A DNA stretch of 64,000 bases from Myxococcota bacterium (GCA_965140415.1 OZ223209.1:3296001-3360000), one strand, 5' to 3'. Positions 1 to 10,767 are shown, numbered from the stretch's first letter. Notes: a model not told the origin generated them from the letters alone. Translations and numbers: made by a program.

Positions 1-173
1 GAGGAAGGTCGTTGCCCGCTGGCAGTCAACGCATTCGCCTGCCCGACCGATTCTCCGGACACATCCTGAACCATCAGAAAACCGGCCCAGGCCGGAGAAG
101 ATAGCAGGCAAAGCAAAATCGCGAGCAAGTATGGAGAAATCACTTTCGGCATGTCGATACGTACTGATTTCAT
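1..173 (-). CDS. OmpP1/FadL-family outer-membrane transporter, N-terminal part (runs off window)
   Basis: Not in ORF track. Hand translation from ATG 173 (GGAGG RBS upstream): MKSVRIDMPKVISPYLLAILLCLLSSPAWA-GFLMVQDVSGESVGQANALTASGQRPS. Signal peptide followed by a FadL-like GF..Q.S...G.A.A start. Confidence 0.6.
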   Translation of the reverse strand, partial: MKSVRIDMPKVISPYLLAILLCLLSSPAWAGFLMVQDVSGESVGQANALTASGQRPS

Positions 174-186
174 GATTTTTCCTCCT

Positions 187-2313
187 TTACCAGCCACGAC
201 GACGGCCATAGAAAACGCCGCTCATGGGCATGTTCTCCACCACGCCGACGCCTTCTATGTTCGCCCCCTTTACGTTTGCATCCGCGCTTCCAGCAATGCC
301 ATCGGAGTTGTATATCGTTCCATGAAGCACCACATCCGCCACGGTATCGTCCAATAGCAGCGTTGAAATCGTAGATGGAATGGGGAAATCATTGAGGGTA
401 ATGGTGAACGTTCCATCGGTCGCAATCGCTCCCGGTTCCACCGGGCTAACACCGGAGTGCGAACTATCACCGTTTAAAAAGAGTTCGCCATCTATAAATG
501 CGTTGCCGTCCAGTATCACCCCCTGCTGCTCCAGAATGCCGACCAGACTCAATTCCATCGGCGTGTCGGGATTGAGTGGATCGTTAAAGCTGGCCGCCAT
601 ATCCCAGTTTCCGGTGATATCCGCCTCGACCAGATTCTTTTCTCCCAAGTCGTTTTCACCCAACTGGCATTCTTCATCGGAAACCGGTTCACATTCCGAA
701 GTCGTAAAGGTGTACATCACCGCAAGTTCAATGCGACTTTCTATAAATCCGGTTTGAATCAGCGCGTCGATGGGAGCCTGATAATAGACGCGCAGCCGTT
801 CAAGCATGGAGAGAATGCTGATGAGCATGTCCGTGGCTTCACTAAGGTTCTTCTCATTTAGCTTTTCCGCACGCCCCGCACCGATCAGGGTATCGACACG
901 GCTGTCGATGAAAGGAGAAAGCCACTGATCGCCTGCGATCAGCGCCTGATCCGAGCGCACCATACCGAAGTAAACATCCGCATTGGCACAACGCCCATTC
1001 GTGCCTTGCAGCTTCGTATTGGCGGCGACGAGGTAGGTGGCGTTTTCTTTCAAGCCAGCGCTCGGAGTCAGTGTGACGGTAGCGGTATCCTCCAGATTAT
1101 CAACCGATGCGGTAACGGACTCTACACGAGTCAAGGAGCCATCCTCTTCGAAGAGGAACAGCCCTAACGATTCTTCCGTCGCACTGGCTTCATCTAAAGG
1201 CTGATTGGTTTCGAAACTGGGTTTGAAGTCCGTTTCCGCCTGCTGACAAACCGGTAGAACCTCTCCCTTGCAATTGTAGCGATATCCCAGTGAATAAGGA
1301 GGCAGCATCGGATTCTTCGAAAAAACGATGCGCTCCGGGTTGACGGTTTGAGCGAGGGGATTGGTTGCAATGCTGAAGTGAAATGCGCTGATCACTTCGT
1401 TGCGGCTGCGTCCCATCTCCGAAAACAAGCCCTCCCAGATCTTCAAGCCGTAATTGGTCGTCTGGCGAGCGTTTTCAAGTTCCTGGATATACTCGACATC
1501 GGTAAACAGGTTGTTGCGAGGGGAACCATCTGCCGCGATATAGGCTTGCTCATCCTCGGCAGCAAAGAGCAGGAATGGTGCATCTGGCAAAAACGCCTGA
1601 CCATCGACATCTTTAATTCCTTTTTCGTTCAGACCGGTCATTACCACAAGATAGCTATGACCGGAATCGAACAACTCCGGCATCAAACTATCCACCGGTT
1701 TGAAGCGAATGGTCATGTTATAGGGGTAACTTTCCCGCAAGTCGATATTGAACAGTAGATAGTAACTATCTGGATCGATGGCAACCGGCTGCTCCGGGTC
1801 GGTGATATCCAACAAAAAGAAATTGGCTTCTTCCGGATTGCTTTGCTCGCTTTTTTCGGAATAACGAACGATGCTATCCATATCCACAAGCTTTGAAAAC
1901 GGGATTTCAGGAACGAAGTTAGGAACATAGCCATCCAACTCGTTCATACTGGTTTTCAAATCGACGGTCAGATCCGAATCCATATCCAACTCGTAGCCCA
2001 GATCCTGGGATCGATTCGCCTCAACCGCGTCGATAATCGGAACTTGCAAGGTGTCGGTTTCAGCATCCAAGGGAGTATCACCAACCACCATGACTCCGAT
2101 CCGTGCCTGAGCGGCAGGATTCATCAGGTTATTTGGCAAAGGGAGAATCGTCCAATCCGGGTTGGTAATCGCCACCGGTTGAGTGTCGTAATTGGTAACG
2201 ATTGTATCTGGATCGGGTGAATCGGCGCTTGGACCAGGGCATCCAGCCAAGACAAACATGAAGCAGCTAAGAACAATGATTGATCCGATTCGCCAGCATA
2301 GACGATGCAGCAT
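187..2313 (-). CDS. Lipoprotein with lipase-N-terminal-like/Ig-like (SbsA/Big_5-type) domains, no obvious catalytic domain
   Basis: Lipobox LAGC; LPLPNNL...MNELDGY..P.IPFS resembles Lipase_bact_N; second Ig-like unit (VTLTPSAGLKENATYLVA); no GxSxG seen. Confidence 0.55.
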   Translation of the reverse strand: MLHRLCWRIGSIIVLSCFMFVLAGCPGPSADSPDPDTIVTNYDTQPVAITNPDWTILPLPNNLMNPAAQARIGVMVVGDTPLDAETDTLQVPIIDAVEANRSQDLGYELDMDSDLTVDLKTSMNELDGYVPNFVPEIPFSKLVDMDSIVRYSEKSEQSNPEEANFFLLDITDPEQPVAIDPDSYYLLFNIDLRESYPYNMTIRFKPVDSLMPELFDSGHSYLVVMTGLNEKGIKDVDGQAFLPDAPFLLFAAEDEQAYIAADGSPRNNLFTDVEYIQELENARQTTNYGLKIWEGLFSEMGRSRNEVISAFHFSIATNPLAQTVNPERIVFSKNPMLPPYSLGYRYNCKGEVLPVCQQAETDFKPSFETNQPLDEASATEESLGLFLFEEDGSLTRVESVTASVDNLEDTATVTLTPSAGLKENATYLVAANTKLQGTNGRCANADVYFGMVRSDQALIAGDQWLSPFIDSRVDTLIGAGRAEKLNEKNLSEATDMLISILSMLERLRVYYQAPIDALIQTGFIESRIELAVMYTFTTSECEPVSDEECQLGENDLGEKNLVEADITGNWDMAASFNDPLNPDTPMELSLVGILEQQGVILDGNAFIDGELFLNGDSSHSGVSPVEPGAIATDGTFTITLNDFPIPSTISTLLLDDTVADVVLHGTIYNSDGIAGSADANVKGANIEGVGVVENMPMSGVFYGRRRGW

Positions 2314-2583
2314 GGCTCCCTCCTAAACGTCGGATGGCCTATTGACAAGGTCTCACAAAGCAAAAGTCGAAATACAATGACTTTGCCGAAGAGACACATG
2401 GCGAGAATATTCAACAGGTTGTATCATGGAATTGCATTCTCGACAATCTTTTCCTGTTCATATGAAGTTGAATAGGGTATCACTACATGAAACAGTACGA
2501 AGTTACATAAAGTTTTCTTGACATAGATCTATACCAAGACTTAAATTGACATGATTCCAATTTGGAGCCGGAAAGGTAAAATA

Positions 2584-3921
2584 ATGGATCCCGTTCTTCT
2601 TGCACGCATTCAATTCGCTTTCACCGCTGGATTCCACTTCCTGTTTCCTCCTATTACCATCGGCATGGCCTGGATTATCGTCTGGATGTTGGGAAAATAC
2701 CGATCCACAGGTGAAGAATTCTGGAAACAGACCAGCCGCTTCTGGATCCGCATGTTTACACTCACTTTCGGTGTGGGCGTTGCAACTGGTATCACGATGG
2801 AATTCGAATTCGGCACCAACTGGGCCGAGTATTCTCGCTTTGTCGGAGACATCTTCGGTGCGCCGCTGGCTGCCGAAGCGATTTTCTCTTTCTTTTTGGA
2901 ATCCACGTTTTTAGCCGTACTCATTTTCGGCTGGAACAAGGTCAGCAAAAATACTTTATGGTTTGCGGCATTGATGGTTGCCATCGGTTCAACGCTGTCC
3001 GCATTCTGGATTATCGTAGCCAACTCCTGGATGCAAACACCTGCTGGCTTTGAGATTCTTGAAGGTCGCGCGGTGCTGACGGACTTCTGGGCGGCATTAT
3101 TCAACCCCTCTACCCTGCCCCGTTACTTCCATACAGTCTGCGCATCAATTACGACCGGCGCTTTCCTGGTGATGGGCGTCAGTGCCTGGTATCTACTCAA
3201 ACACAGGCACTTTGAATTCGCTGACAAGTCGATCCGCATCGCGCTGCTGGTTGCGTTGGCGACATCCTTGATCCAATTAGGACTGGGTCACTGGCACGGT
3301 GTGCAAATCACGAAACTGCAACCGGAAAAACTGGCAGCGATGGAAGGTCACTTCGAAACGACGACCCATGCTCCTTTGAAATTGTTCGGAATTCCAGATG
3401 TTGAAAACGAGCGTTTTTATTTTGCAATCGAAATGCCGCCACTGCTTTCAGTTCTGGCCCATGGCAAGATCGACAGCGAAGTCAAAGGCTTGAAAGCCTT
3501 CCCCAAGGACGAACGTCCTCCCGTAATTCTGCCTTTTTATTCGTTCCACTTCATGGTGATGATCGGCATGGGATTTATCTTGTTCACCTTATGGGGAGGC
3601 TATCTGCACATCAGAAACATCCTGCCCAACGCAAAAACTTATTTGAAACTTTCGATGTTGATGTTTCCCTTGGCGACATTGACAAACCAACTCGGCTGGA
3701 TTACCGCCGAAGTGGGTCGGCAACCCTGGGCAGTGTATAAAGTGATTCGCACCGCCGATGCAATCAGCCCCAAGGTGTCATCCGGAGAAATCCTCTTCTC
3801 GCTCTTCATGTTCGGCACGATTTACGCGCTGCTGCTGTTTGTATGGCTCTATGCCCTGAAAAAACTGATTGTTACCGGTCCGCCACTTCCTACCGATGAC
3901 GGAAAGGAGGTGACAGCCTGA
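2584..3921 (+). CDS. cydA: Cytochrome bd ubiquinol oxidase subunit I
   Basis: LARIQFAFTAGFHFLF, EFEFGTNW, ANSWMQTP, QPEKLAAMEG, EVGRQPW; start taken at MDPVLL. Confidence 0.97.
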   Translation: MDPVLLARIQFAFTAGFHFLFPPITIGMAWIIVWMLGKYRSTGEEFWKQTSRFWIRMFTLTFGVGVATGITMEFEFGTNWAEYSRFVGDIFGAPLAAEAIFSFFLESTFLAVLIFGWNKVSKNTLWFAALMVAIGSTLSAFWIIVANSWMQTPAGFEILEGRAVLTDFWAALFNPSTLPRYFHTVCASITTGAFLVMGVSAWYLLKHRHFEFADKSIRIALLVALATSLIQLGLGHWHGVQITKLQPEKLAAMEGHFETTTHAPLKLFGIPDVENERFYFAIEMPPLLSVLAHGKIDSEVKGLKAFPKDERPPVILPFYSFHFMVMIGMGFILFTLWGGYLHIRNILPNAKTYLKLSMLMFPLATLTNQLGWITAEVGRQPWAVYKVIRTADAISPKVSSGEILFSLFMFGTIYALLLFVWLYALKKLIVTGPPLPTDDGKEVTA

Positions 3922-4943
3922 TGGAAACCTTACAAATCATCTGGTACGTGCTGGTATTGGTTCTTTTAATCGGATACGCCATTCTAGACGGTTTCGATCT
4001 GGGAGTGGGCTTCTGGCATCTCTTTGTAAAGAAGGATGAAGAACGACGCCTGCTGCTGCGCTCCATCGGTCCTTTCTGGGACGGCAACGAAGTTTGGCTG
4101 ATCACCGGTGGAGGCGCTCTATTCGCCGCGTTCCCGGCGGTCTATGCTTCGGTTTTCAGCGGTTTTTATTTGGCATTGATGCTGGTGCTGTTAGCGCTGA
4201 TCTTCCGCGCCGTTGCAATGGAATTCCGCTCGCTCGAAGAAGGCTCTCGCTGGCGTAAAGGATGGGATTTCGCATTTTCAGTGGGTAGTTCTCTTGCTGC
4301 ACTGTTATTCGGAGTTGCATTGGGCAACCTGCTTAACGGCATGGAACTGGACGCCGACGGCAATTACGTTGCCGGATTCCTGGCGCTATTGAACCCCTTC
4401 AGCCTGCTGATCGGTCTGACCGGACTGGCGATGCTCGCAACACAGGGCGCGTTATACCTGGGCTTTAAAACAAGGGGAGACGTGCAGGCACGCGCGCAGA
4501 ACTGGGCGAAAATCTCCTGGCCGGTCTTCCTGGTCCTGTTCATTCTGTCAAGCGTGCTTTCATTTGTCTGGCATCCGGGTCACCTTAGCAATTACAACGC
4601 AGCCCCGGCACTTTGGCTGATACCGGTATTGGCTCTGACCGCGATCGTATTGACAGGATGGTTCACCATGAGACGCAACTCATTCCCGGCGTTTCTTACG
4701 AACAGTCTGACCATCGCGGCATCATTTATGCTCGTTGCGGCGGCGACATTCCCCAGTTTCGTTCCGGCAACGAATCCCGATTTAAGCCTGACGCTGTTCA
4801 ATTCCTCCTCTTCCAAGTTGACTCTGAGCTGGATGCTTGGAATCACGCTGCTCGGTTTCCCCTTTGTATTGGGCTATACGTTCTGGATTTACCGCACCTT
4901 CCGAGGACCAGTGACTCTGGATGACGACGACTACGGCCACTGA
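3921..4943 (+). CDS. cydB: Cytochrome bd ubiquinol oxidase subunit II
   Basis: LDGFDLGVG, GPFWDGNEVWL; overlaps the cydA stop. Confidence 0.97.
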   Translation: METLQIIWYVLVLVLLIGYAILDGFDLGVGFWHLFVKKDEERRLLLRSIGPFWDGNEVWLITGGGALFAAFPAVYASVFSGFYLALMLVLLALIFRAVAMEFRSLEEGSRWRKGWDFAFSVGSSLAALLFGVALGNLLNGMELDADGNYVAGFLALLNPFSLLIGLTGLAMLATQGALYLGFKTRGDVQARAQNWAKISWPVFLVLFILSSVLSFVWHPGHLSNYNAAPALWLIPVLALTAIVLTGWFTMRRNSFPAFLTNSLTIAASFMLVAAATFPSFVPATNPDLSLTLFNSSSSKLTLSWMLGITLLGFPFVLGYTFWIYRTFRGPVTLDDDDYGH

Positions 4944-4981
4944 ACATCCTGCGGCTTTCAGTCGTCTCGATAAAATCGCTT

Positions 4982-5007
4982 ACCCGCCGAATCCGGCGGG
5001 TTTTTTA
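4982..5007 (+). terminator. Rho-independent terminator after cydB
   Basis: cccgccg-aatc-cggcggg followed by a T run. Confidence 0.8.
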
Positions 5008-5121
5008 TTGCAAATTTGAAAAAGACAAAGCCAGGCTAACGACTAACGAAGAGAATCATGAGAAATGTCGTTCCAAAACGACAAAATCCCCGCCAACTAG
5101 CGAGGACAATGCCATCAAACG

Positions 5122-5150
5122 AACGACCGCCCCAAAACAGGGGCGGTCGT
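5122..5150 (-). terminator. Hairpin downstream of the EF-G paralog
   Basis: acgaccgcccc...ggggcggtcgt inverted repeat. Confidence 0.6.
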
Positions 5151-5173
5151 GTAATATCGAAAACTGGAAGAAT

Positions 5174-7261
5174 TTATTCTTCTTCTTTGGATTTGCGGTA
5201 TTCCGCAGCGATTTTCTCGGCGATTGCTGCGGGGACTTCCTCGTAATGATCGAAGTTCGCAGTAAAGAACGCCTTATCCTGCGTCATGGCACGCAGATCG
5301 GGAGACAACGTATGCATCTCGGACTGAGGAATCTCGGCGTGGATAACGGTTAACTTAGCTTCATCTTCACTACCCTGCACCTTACCGCGTCGGGAGGAGA
5401 TATTGCCGTACACATCACCCATGTACTCAGACGGCACCGTAATGGCTACCTTCATGATCGGTTCCAAAATAACAGGCTTGGCTTCGAGCATACATTTTTT
5501 CCACGCCATCGAACCGGCAACCTTGAATGCCATTTCAGAGGAATCGACGTTGTGGTAGGAACCGAAGAAGAGTTCGACTTTCACGTCCTGCACCGGGTTA
5601 CCGGTGAGTTCGCCCTTCACCATGGCTTCTACGATACCTTTTTCAACGGCAGGAATGAACTGTCTTGGAATGACACCACCCACAATGGCATCGACGAATT
5701 CGAAACCGCCACCGGGGAACGGCTCCACGCGGATGTGACAGTCACCATATTGTCCACGACCACCGGTCTGTTTCTTGTATTTTCCTTGCGCTTCCGCTTT
5801 ACCGCGAATTGTTTCGCGATAAGGAATCTTGGGCTCGCTCAATTCGACTTCGACGCTGAACTTGCGATTCATGCGTTCCATGGCAACGTCGATCTGCGAC
5901 TGACCCATACCCGAAAGGATGAAGTCCTTGGTTTGTTCTTCTCGCCAGAAAGACAGGTTCGGGTCTTCTTCGAGGATGCGAGTGAGAGCTGCCGCCATCT
6001 TTTCTTCTTCGCCCTGAGTCTTGGGGCGAATGGCCAGATTGACCATGGGAGCGACCTTGGGTAATTCCGGGAACTTGACACCATTGGCTTCCTTGATGCA
6101 AAGCGAATCGCCGGTCGCGATGTCTTTGACTTTAAGAACGGCACAGATTTCACCGGTGGAAGCGCCTTCGATTCCTTCCTGTTTTTTGCCACGCACGTAG
6201 AACAGTTTACCCGGCTTATCTTTGCTGCTTTGATTCAGATTGTAGAATTGCTCATCGGGAGCCAAAGAACCGCGGTAGACACGGAAAATGGAAACTTTTC
6301 CCGCAAACGGATCGGATAAGGTTTTGATGACCTGAGCCGCGAATTCACCGTCTTCGGAAATGGTCAGCGATTCTTCTTCACCGCTGCTCAGATTCACCAC
6401 GGTGCGCGGGCGCTCTTCCGTCGGGTTCGGGAAGGTTTGGCAGATCAAGTCCAGCAGCAAGTCAACACCGATATTTTTAAGCGCCGAAGCACACAAGACC
6501 GGGCAGAATTGCAGGTTCAACAGGCCGTTTTTCAGGCACTGCTGAAGTTCTTCATCGGTAACTTCCTCGCCCTCCAGGTATTTCATCATGATCTCATCAT
6601 CGCCTTCGACTAGACGTTCGATCATGGTGCTGCGCATCTCTTCCACCTGATCTGCCATATCGGCTGGAATATCGATGGCTTTACCGATACCACCGTTGCC
6701 ATCGTAAGTGTACGCCTTGTTCGCCAGCAGATCGACCACTCCGGAGAAGCCATCTTCTTTTCCGATCGGCAGGTGAATCAGCACCGGCTCGACAGGCAAC
6801 GATTCTTTAATGCTTTGCACGGCTTTATCGAAATCACTGTGCTCTTTATCCAGGCGATTGATGACTGCCACGAACGGAAGCTTTTCCGCCTGGGCACGTT
6901 GTGCCATGATTTCACTTTGGAACTTCACGCCTTCCAGCGCGTCGACCGGCAAAACGGCAGCGCCCATAACCGGCAACATGGCGTATCCTTCGGGAATGAA
7001 GTTCGAGTTTCCGGGAGTGTCGAGCATGAAGATCTGATGATCTTTGCGCATCACATCGAAGAAAGCCGTGGAAACGGAATATTGCCGTTTCTGCTCTTCC
7101 GGTTCGAAATCCATAACGGACTGACCGGCATCGACGGCTCCCAGACGCTCGTTCGCTTTGCAAAGGTAGAGAATCGCTTCACAAATCGATGTCTTACCCG
7201 CACCAGCGTGACCGATGAAGCCAACCACGCGCTTGTGGTTTGTGTCAACTTTCTTCGCCAT
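5174..7261 (-). CDS. fusA: Elongation factor G paralog (EF-G2/FusA2-type)
   Basis: GHAGAGKTS, DTPG, NRLD, KKQTGGRGQYG, SYHNVDSSEMAFK; G2 motif RQYSV instead of RGITI; not in an rpsL-rpsG-fusA-tuf operon. Confidence 0.9.
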   Translation of the reverse strand: MAKKVDTNHKRVVGFIGHAGAGKTSICEAILYLCKANERLGAVDAGQSVMDFEPEEQKRQYSVSTAFFDVMRKDHQIFMLDTPGNSNFIPEGYAMLPVMGAAVLPVDALEGVKFQSEIMAQRAQAEKLPFVAVINRLDKEHSDFDKAVQSIKESLPVEPVLIHLPIGKEDGFSGVVDLLANKAYTYDGNGGIGKAIDIPADMADQVEEMRSTMIERLVEGDDEIMMKYLEGEEVTDEELQQCLKNGLLNLQFCPVLCASALKNIGVDLLLDLICQTFPNPTEERPRTVVNLSSGEEESLTISEDGEFAAQVIKTLSDPFAGKVSIFRVYRGSLAPDEQFYNLNQSSKDKPGKLFYVRGKKQEGIEGASTGEICAVLKVKDIATGDSLCIKEANGVKFPELPKVAPMVNLAIRPKTQGEEEKMAAALTRILEEDPNLSFWREEQTKDFILSGMGQSQIDVAMERMNRKFSVEVELSEPKIPYRETIRGKAEAQGKYKKQTGGRGQYGDCHIRVEPFPGGGFEFVDAIVGGVIPRQFIPAVEKGIVEAMVKGELTGNPVQDVKVELFFGSYHNVDSSEMAFKVAGSMAWKKCMLEAKPVILEPIMKVAITVPSEYMGDVYGNISSRRGKVQGSEDEAKLTVIHAEIPQSEMHTLSPDLRAMTQDKAFFTANFDHYEEVPAAIAEKIAAEYRKSKEEE

Positions 7262-7372
7262 GAAACTCTCCCTTCTTCAGAAAAATAACCGTAAACACCG
7301 TCATTTATATTGCGCGTCTAAATGTCGCGTACATGTGAATGATAGGGATATTCCCAGATCATAAGGGTCCGG

Positions 7373-7400
7373 AATATAGCACACCATATATGGTTGTCAA
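7373..7400 (-). promoter_or_regulatory. Sigma70-like promoter of the EF-G paralog
   Basis: TTGACA-N16-TATATT with extended -10 TG on the minus strand. Confidence 0.55.
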
Positions 7401-7700
7401 ACAAAAAAGCAGTGACAAACCAAGCCTTATTTATGCCCGTTTGTGTTTATCAAGACCGAACGATGCTTCTTACCGACAGCAGCTATCCATCTGCGATTGT
7501 GCGTTCATCTCTTTAACTGGACATCGCGTTTGAGGTGATGACCTTCATAGTGATCACCCAAGCGAATCGATTAGGAACTAGAGATTTTTAAATCTTGAAA
7601 ATATTCAATAATTGAATTGCATATTTTGCTTTATTATGACATAATGATAGCATAATTAAGTGACACTTAAACCACTTAGACTCACAAACAACAAAGGCGA

Positions 7701-7919
7701 ATGAACGAAATGTCTCGTATGCATACCAGCGAAGTATTGGATTATCACAATCAAGCAACAGCCGCTACTAATGTGGTGATTCCCGTTCAGTACAAGGAAA
7801 TGCTGCGCTTCTTGAGCAACAAGACTCGAATTCGTCAAAGCGAATACATTCGCGAAGCGCTTCGCGATGTTTTGATCAAGTATCGAAAGGAGTTTGTGGG
7901 CTCCTCGTTTGAATTTTAA
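7701..7919 (+). CDS. Ribbon-helix-helix domain protein
   Basis: TNVVIP strand followed by two helices (EMLRFLSNKTRIRQSEYIREALRDVLIKY). Confidence 0.7.
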   Translation: MNEMSRMHTSEVLDYHNQATAATNVVIPVQYKEMLRFLSNKTRIRQSEYIREALRDVLIKYRKEFVGSSFEF

Positions 7920-7973
7920 CCACAAGCTATCGATCTGTTATTCGTTCCCTCATTTTCTATTTCCCATTCCCAG

Positions 7974-8008
7974 GCCCGGAGGTCTCCCACCTCCGGGCGC
8001 GTTTCTTT
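7974..8008 (+). terminator. Terminator after the RHH gene
   Basis: gcccggaggt...acctccgggc followed by a T-rich tract. Confidence 0.6.
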
Positions 8009-8280
8009 TATGGACCTGAGTTTTTAAAATAGGGCGCTAGAGCAGGTATTACTCATTTCTGTCCATCGAGTAATCGGGATGTGCCATGGTCTCACGGAAT
8101 GGAAAATTCCGGGAGGCCGTGTGTAACTTATTGAAGACACACAGCCTTCCACGATCTTCGATCGCGTAAGACTATGCCACGAACTTACAGAATCTGTAGC
8201 TGAAAATGATTAAGAACCGGTCTAATCCCAAAACAGAAAAACAAAACAGACAGAAAGAAATCCACAAGGCCCACCATCAA

Positions 8281-8458
8281 GGAAGGGGTTCCCTTCCGCC
8301 TTCCGTCACCTGCCACGCATCATCAGTGGCTTGTACCGGGGCGCGAACCGCCGTCAAGGCTATATGAACGTCGCTGTCGCTCCGGCCTTGACTGCCGCCC
8401 GCTAATACCCCGGTTCTTCAAGCCTCATGATGCGAGGCGGCTCCGTCGGGGAAGGGAA
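8281..8458. repeat. ~170-nt nested imperfect inverted repeat (structured RNA, MITE or REP-like element)
   Basis: Nested arms ttcccttcc/ggaagggaa, cgcatcat/atgatgcg, ggcttg/caagcc, accgggg/ccccggt, gtcaaggc/gccttgac. Confidence 0.6.
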
Positions 8459-8526
8459 AAGAAAGCCAGCCGCACCGTTCGTTCGAATCGGCAAGGCTGC
8501 CAGGAATCGGAATTGGAAGTTGAAAC

Positions 8527-8566
8527 AAAAAAAACGCCCTACAGCCAATACCGTAGAGCGTTTTTA
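8527..8566 (-). terminator. Terminator of dnaK (possibly bidirectional)
   Basis: A-run-cgccctac...gtagagcg-T-run hairpin. Confidence 0.65.
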
Positions 8567-8599
8567 TGATGAGTTTTTAGATTACTTCACGATTCGGTA

Positions 8600-10522
8600 C
8601 TAATCCACTTTGGTGAAGTCAGCATCGATGACATCGTCATCAGAACCTTTGTCTTGTGAAGCACCCTCCTCAGGAGCGCCATTACCGCCAGGAGCCGCAC
8701 CCTCTTGTTGTTGTTGCTGAGCAGCCTGTTGATAAGCCACCTGCGAGATACGCTGCAACACCTGCTCCAACTCGCCTTTCAACCTGTCGATTTCAGGCTT
8801 ATCGGCGTTTTCCTTGACGGCGGTACGAATCGCCTCGATCTTTTCCGTAGCTTCCTTACGATCGGCTTCCGGAACAGCTTCGCCCAACTCATTCAACTGG
8901 CGCTCAACCGAGTATGCCAGGTGATCCGCCTGGTTACGGGCATCGATCGCTTCGCGATTTTTCTTGTCCTCTTCCGCATGCGCTTCGGCATCCTGAACCA
9001 TTTTATCAATTTCGGCATCGTTCAGGTTTGAAGAAGCCGTAATGGTGATCTTCTGTTCTTTCTGCGTCTCAAGATCCTTGGCCGAAACATTCAAAATTCC
9101 GTTTGCGTCGATGTCGAATGCAACTTCGATTTGCGGCACGCCGCGCGGCGCCAAACGAATGCCTTCCAGGTTGAACTGACCCAGCAAACGATTGCTGGAG
9201 GCCATTTCGCGCTCACCCTGAAGTACGCGAACGGTTACGGCGGTTTGATTGTCATCCGCGGTCGAGAAAACTTCCTGCTTGCGAACGGGAATCGTGGTGT
9301 TGCGTTCGATGAGCTTGGTCATTACGCCACCCAGCGTTTCGATTCCCAAAGACAACGGAGTAACATCAAGCAGCACGACGTCTTTCACATCACCCTGCAA
9401 CACACCGGCCTGCACGGCAGCGCCCATCGCCACGACTTCATCTGGGTTCACGGACTGGTTCGGTTCCTTGTTGATGATACTCTTGACGAGTGCCTTGACA
9501 GCCGGAATACGAGTGGAACCACCGACCAGAATGACCTCATTGATTTCACCGGGCTGCAAACCGGCATCGGACAACGCCTGATTTACCGGTCCTCGCGTAC
9601 GCTCGACCAGATCATGGGTCAACTCATCGAATTTGGCCCGATTGATGCGCATTTCCAAATGCTTGGGACCGCTGGCATCCGCTGTAATGAACGGCAGGGA
9701 AACTGTGGCTTCACTCATTGTGGACAGCTCGCATTTGGCTTTTTCCGCACCCTCGGTCAAGCGCTGCAACGCCTGCTTATCGGAGCGCAGGTCAATGCCC
9801 TGCTCTTTTTTGAATTCATCGGCGATATAATCGACCAGTTTTCTGTCGAAATCGTCTCCACCCAGATGGGTGTCGCCGTTGGTGGCCATAACTTCCACCA
9901 CATTGTCGCCGATATCCAGAATCGACACATCGAATGTTCCACCACCCAAATCGAAAACCAGGATTTTTTCGTCTTTGCGTCGATTCAGACCGTAGGCCAA
10001 AGCTGCCGCCGTCGGCTCGTTGACAATACGCTGCACGTTCAAGCCCGCGATCTTACCGGCATCTTTTGTTGCCTGGCGCTGGGAATCGTTGAAGTATGCG
10101 GGGACGGTCACGACGACGTCCGTGACCTTTTCACCCAGATACGCTTCGGCATCATTTACCAGTTTGCGCAAAACCTGAGCGGAAATCTCTTCCGGTGCAA
10201 CCTGCTTGCCACCCACATTGAAACGAATCGTATCGTTATCGGAGCGAACGACTTCATAAGGCACCTGGCGAGATTCTTCATCGACCTCACCCCATTTGCG
10301 CCCTACAAAACGCTTGGCGGAAAAGACGGTATCCTGCGGATTCATGACCGCTTGTCGTTTTCCCAATGCGCCTACAAGTCGTTCTCCTTCTTTCGTATAC
10401 CCCACCACAGAGGGAGTGGTGCGGGCACCTTCTGCATTCGCGATTACCGTCGCATTATCGCCTTCCATAACCGCGATGACAGAGTTCGTCGTTCCTAAGT
10501 CAATTCCTACTGTTTTTGCCAT
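8600..10522 (-). CDS. dnaK: Molecular chaperone DnaK (Hsp70)
   Basis: [28 protein letters not shown]-terminal DVIDADF. Confidence 0.98.
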   Translation of the reverse strand: MAKTVGIDLGTTNSVIAVMEGDNATVIANAEGARTTPSVVGYTKEGERLVGALGKRQAVMNPQDTVFSAKRFVGRKWGEVDEESRQVPYEVVRSDNDTIRFNVGGKQVAPEEISAQVLRKLVNDAEAYLGEKVTDVVVTVPAYFNDSQRQATKDAGKIAGLNVQRIVNEPTAAALAYGLNRRKDEKILVFDLGGGTFDVSILDIGDNVVEVMATNGDTHLGGDDFDRKLVDYIADEFKKEQGIDLRSDKQALQRLTEGAEKAKCELSTMSEATVSLPFITADASGPKHLEMRINRAKFDELTHDLVERTRGPVNQALSDAGLQPGEINEVILVGGSTRIPAVKALVKSIINKEPNQSVNPDEVVAMGAAVQAGVLQGDVKDVVLLDVTPLSLGIETLGGVMTKLIERNTTIPVRKQEVFSTADDNQTAVTVRVLQGEREMASSNRLLGQFNLEGIRLAPRGVPQIEVAFDIDANGILNVSAKDLETQKEQKITITASSNLNDAEIDKMVQDAEAHAEEDKKNREAIDARNQADHLAYSVERQLNELGEAVPEADRKEATEKIEAIRTAVKENADKPEIDRLKGELEQVLQRISQVAYQQAAQQQQQEGAAPGGNGAPEEGASQDKGSDDDVIDADFTKVD

Positions 10523-10637
10523 CGTTTTCTCCTTCTCTATATTGGAGTCTCATGTAATTGTTTAACGCTTCGCTTTCACTAAGCTTTCTAATTTTCCAAA
10601 CGACCGTTCGATCGGCGTTTATCGTTTCATCTAAGCT

Positions 10638-10668
10638 AAACTAAGATTGATCTGGCACTTGTCAAGTG
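10638..10668 (-). promoter_or_regulatory. Putative dnaK promoter with an overlapping palindrome
   Basis: TTGACA-N16-TAGTTT on the minus strand; CACTTG-T-CAAGTG covers the -35. Confidence 0.5.
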
Positions 10669-10767
10669 ACGAAAAACTTTTTCCGACATTAAGTCGTGAA
10701 GATTCCTATGTTCTTCCCCTTTCATCACGAACAAGCGCCATTCCAATAAATATACCCGGCTGAAAAC

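Noticed and set aside
9131-10498. 455-aa ORF antisense to dnaK
   Set aside because: Well-known shadow frame of hsp70 genes; fully overlaps dnaK
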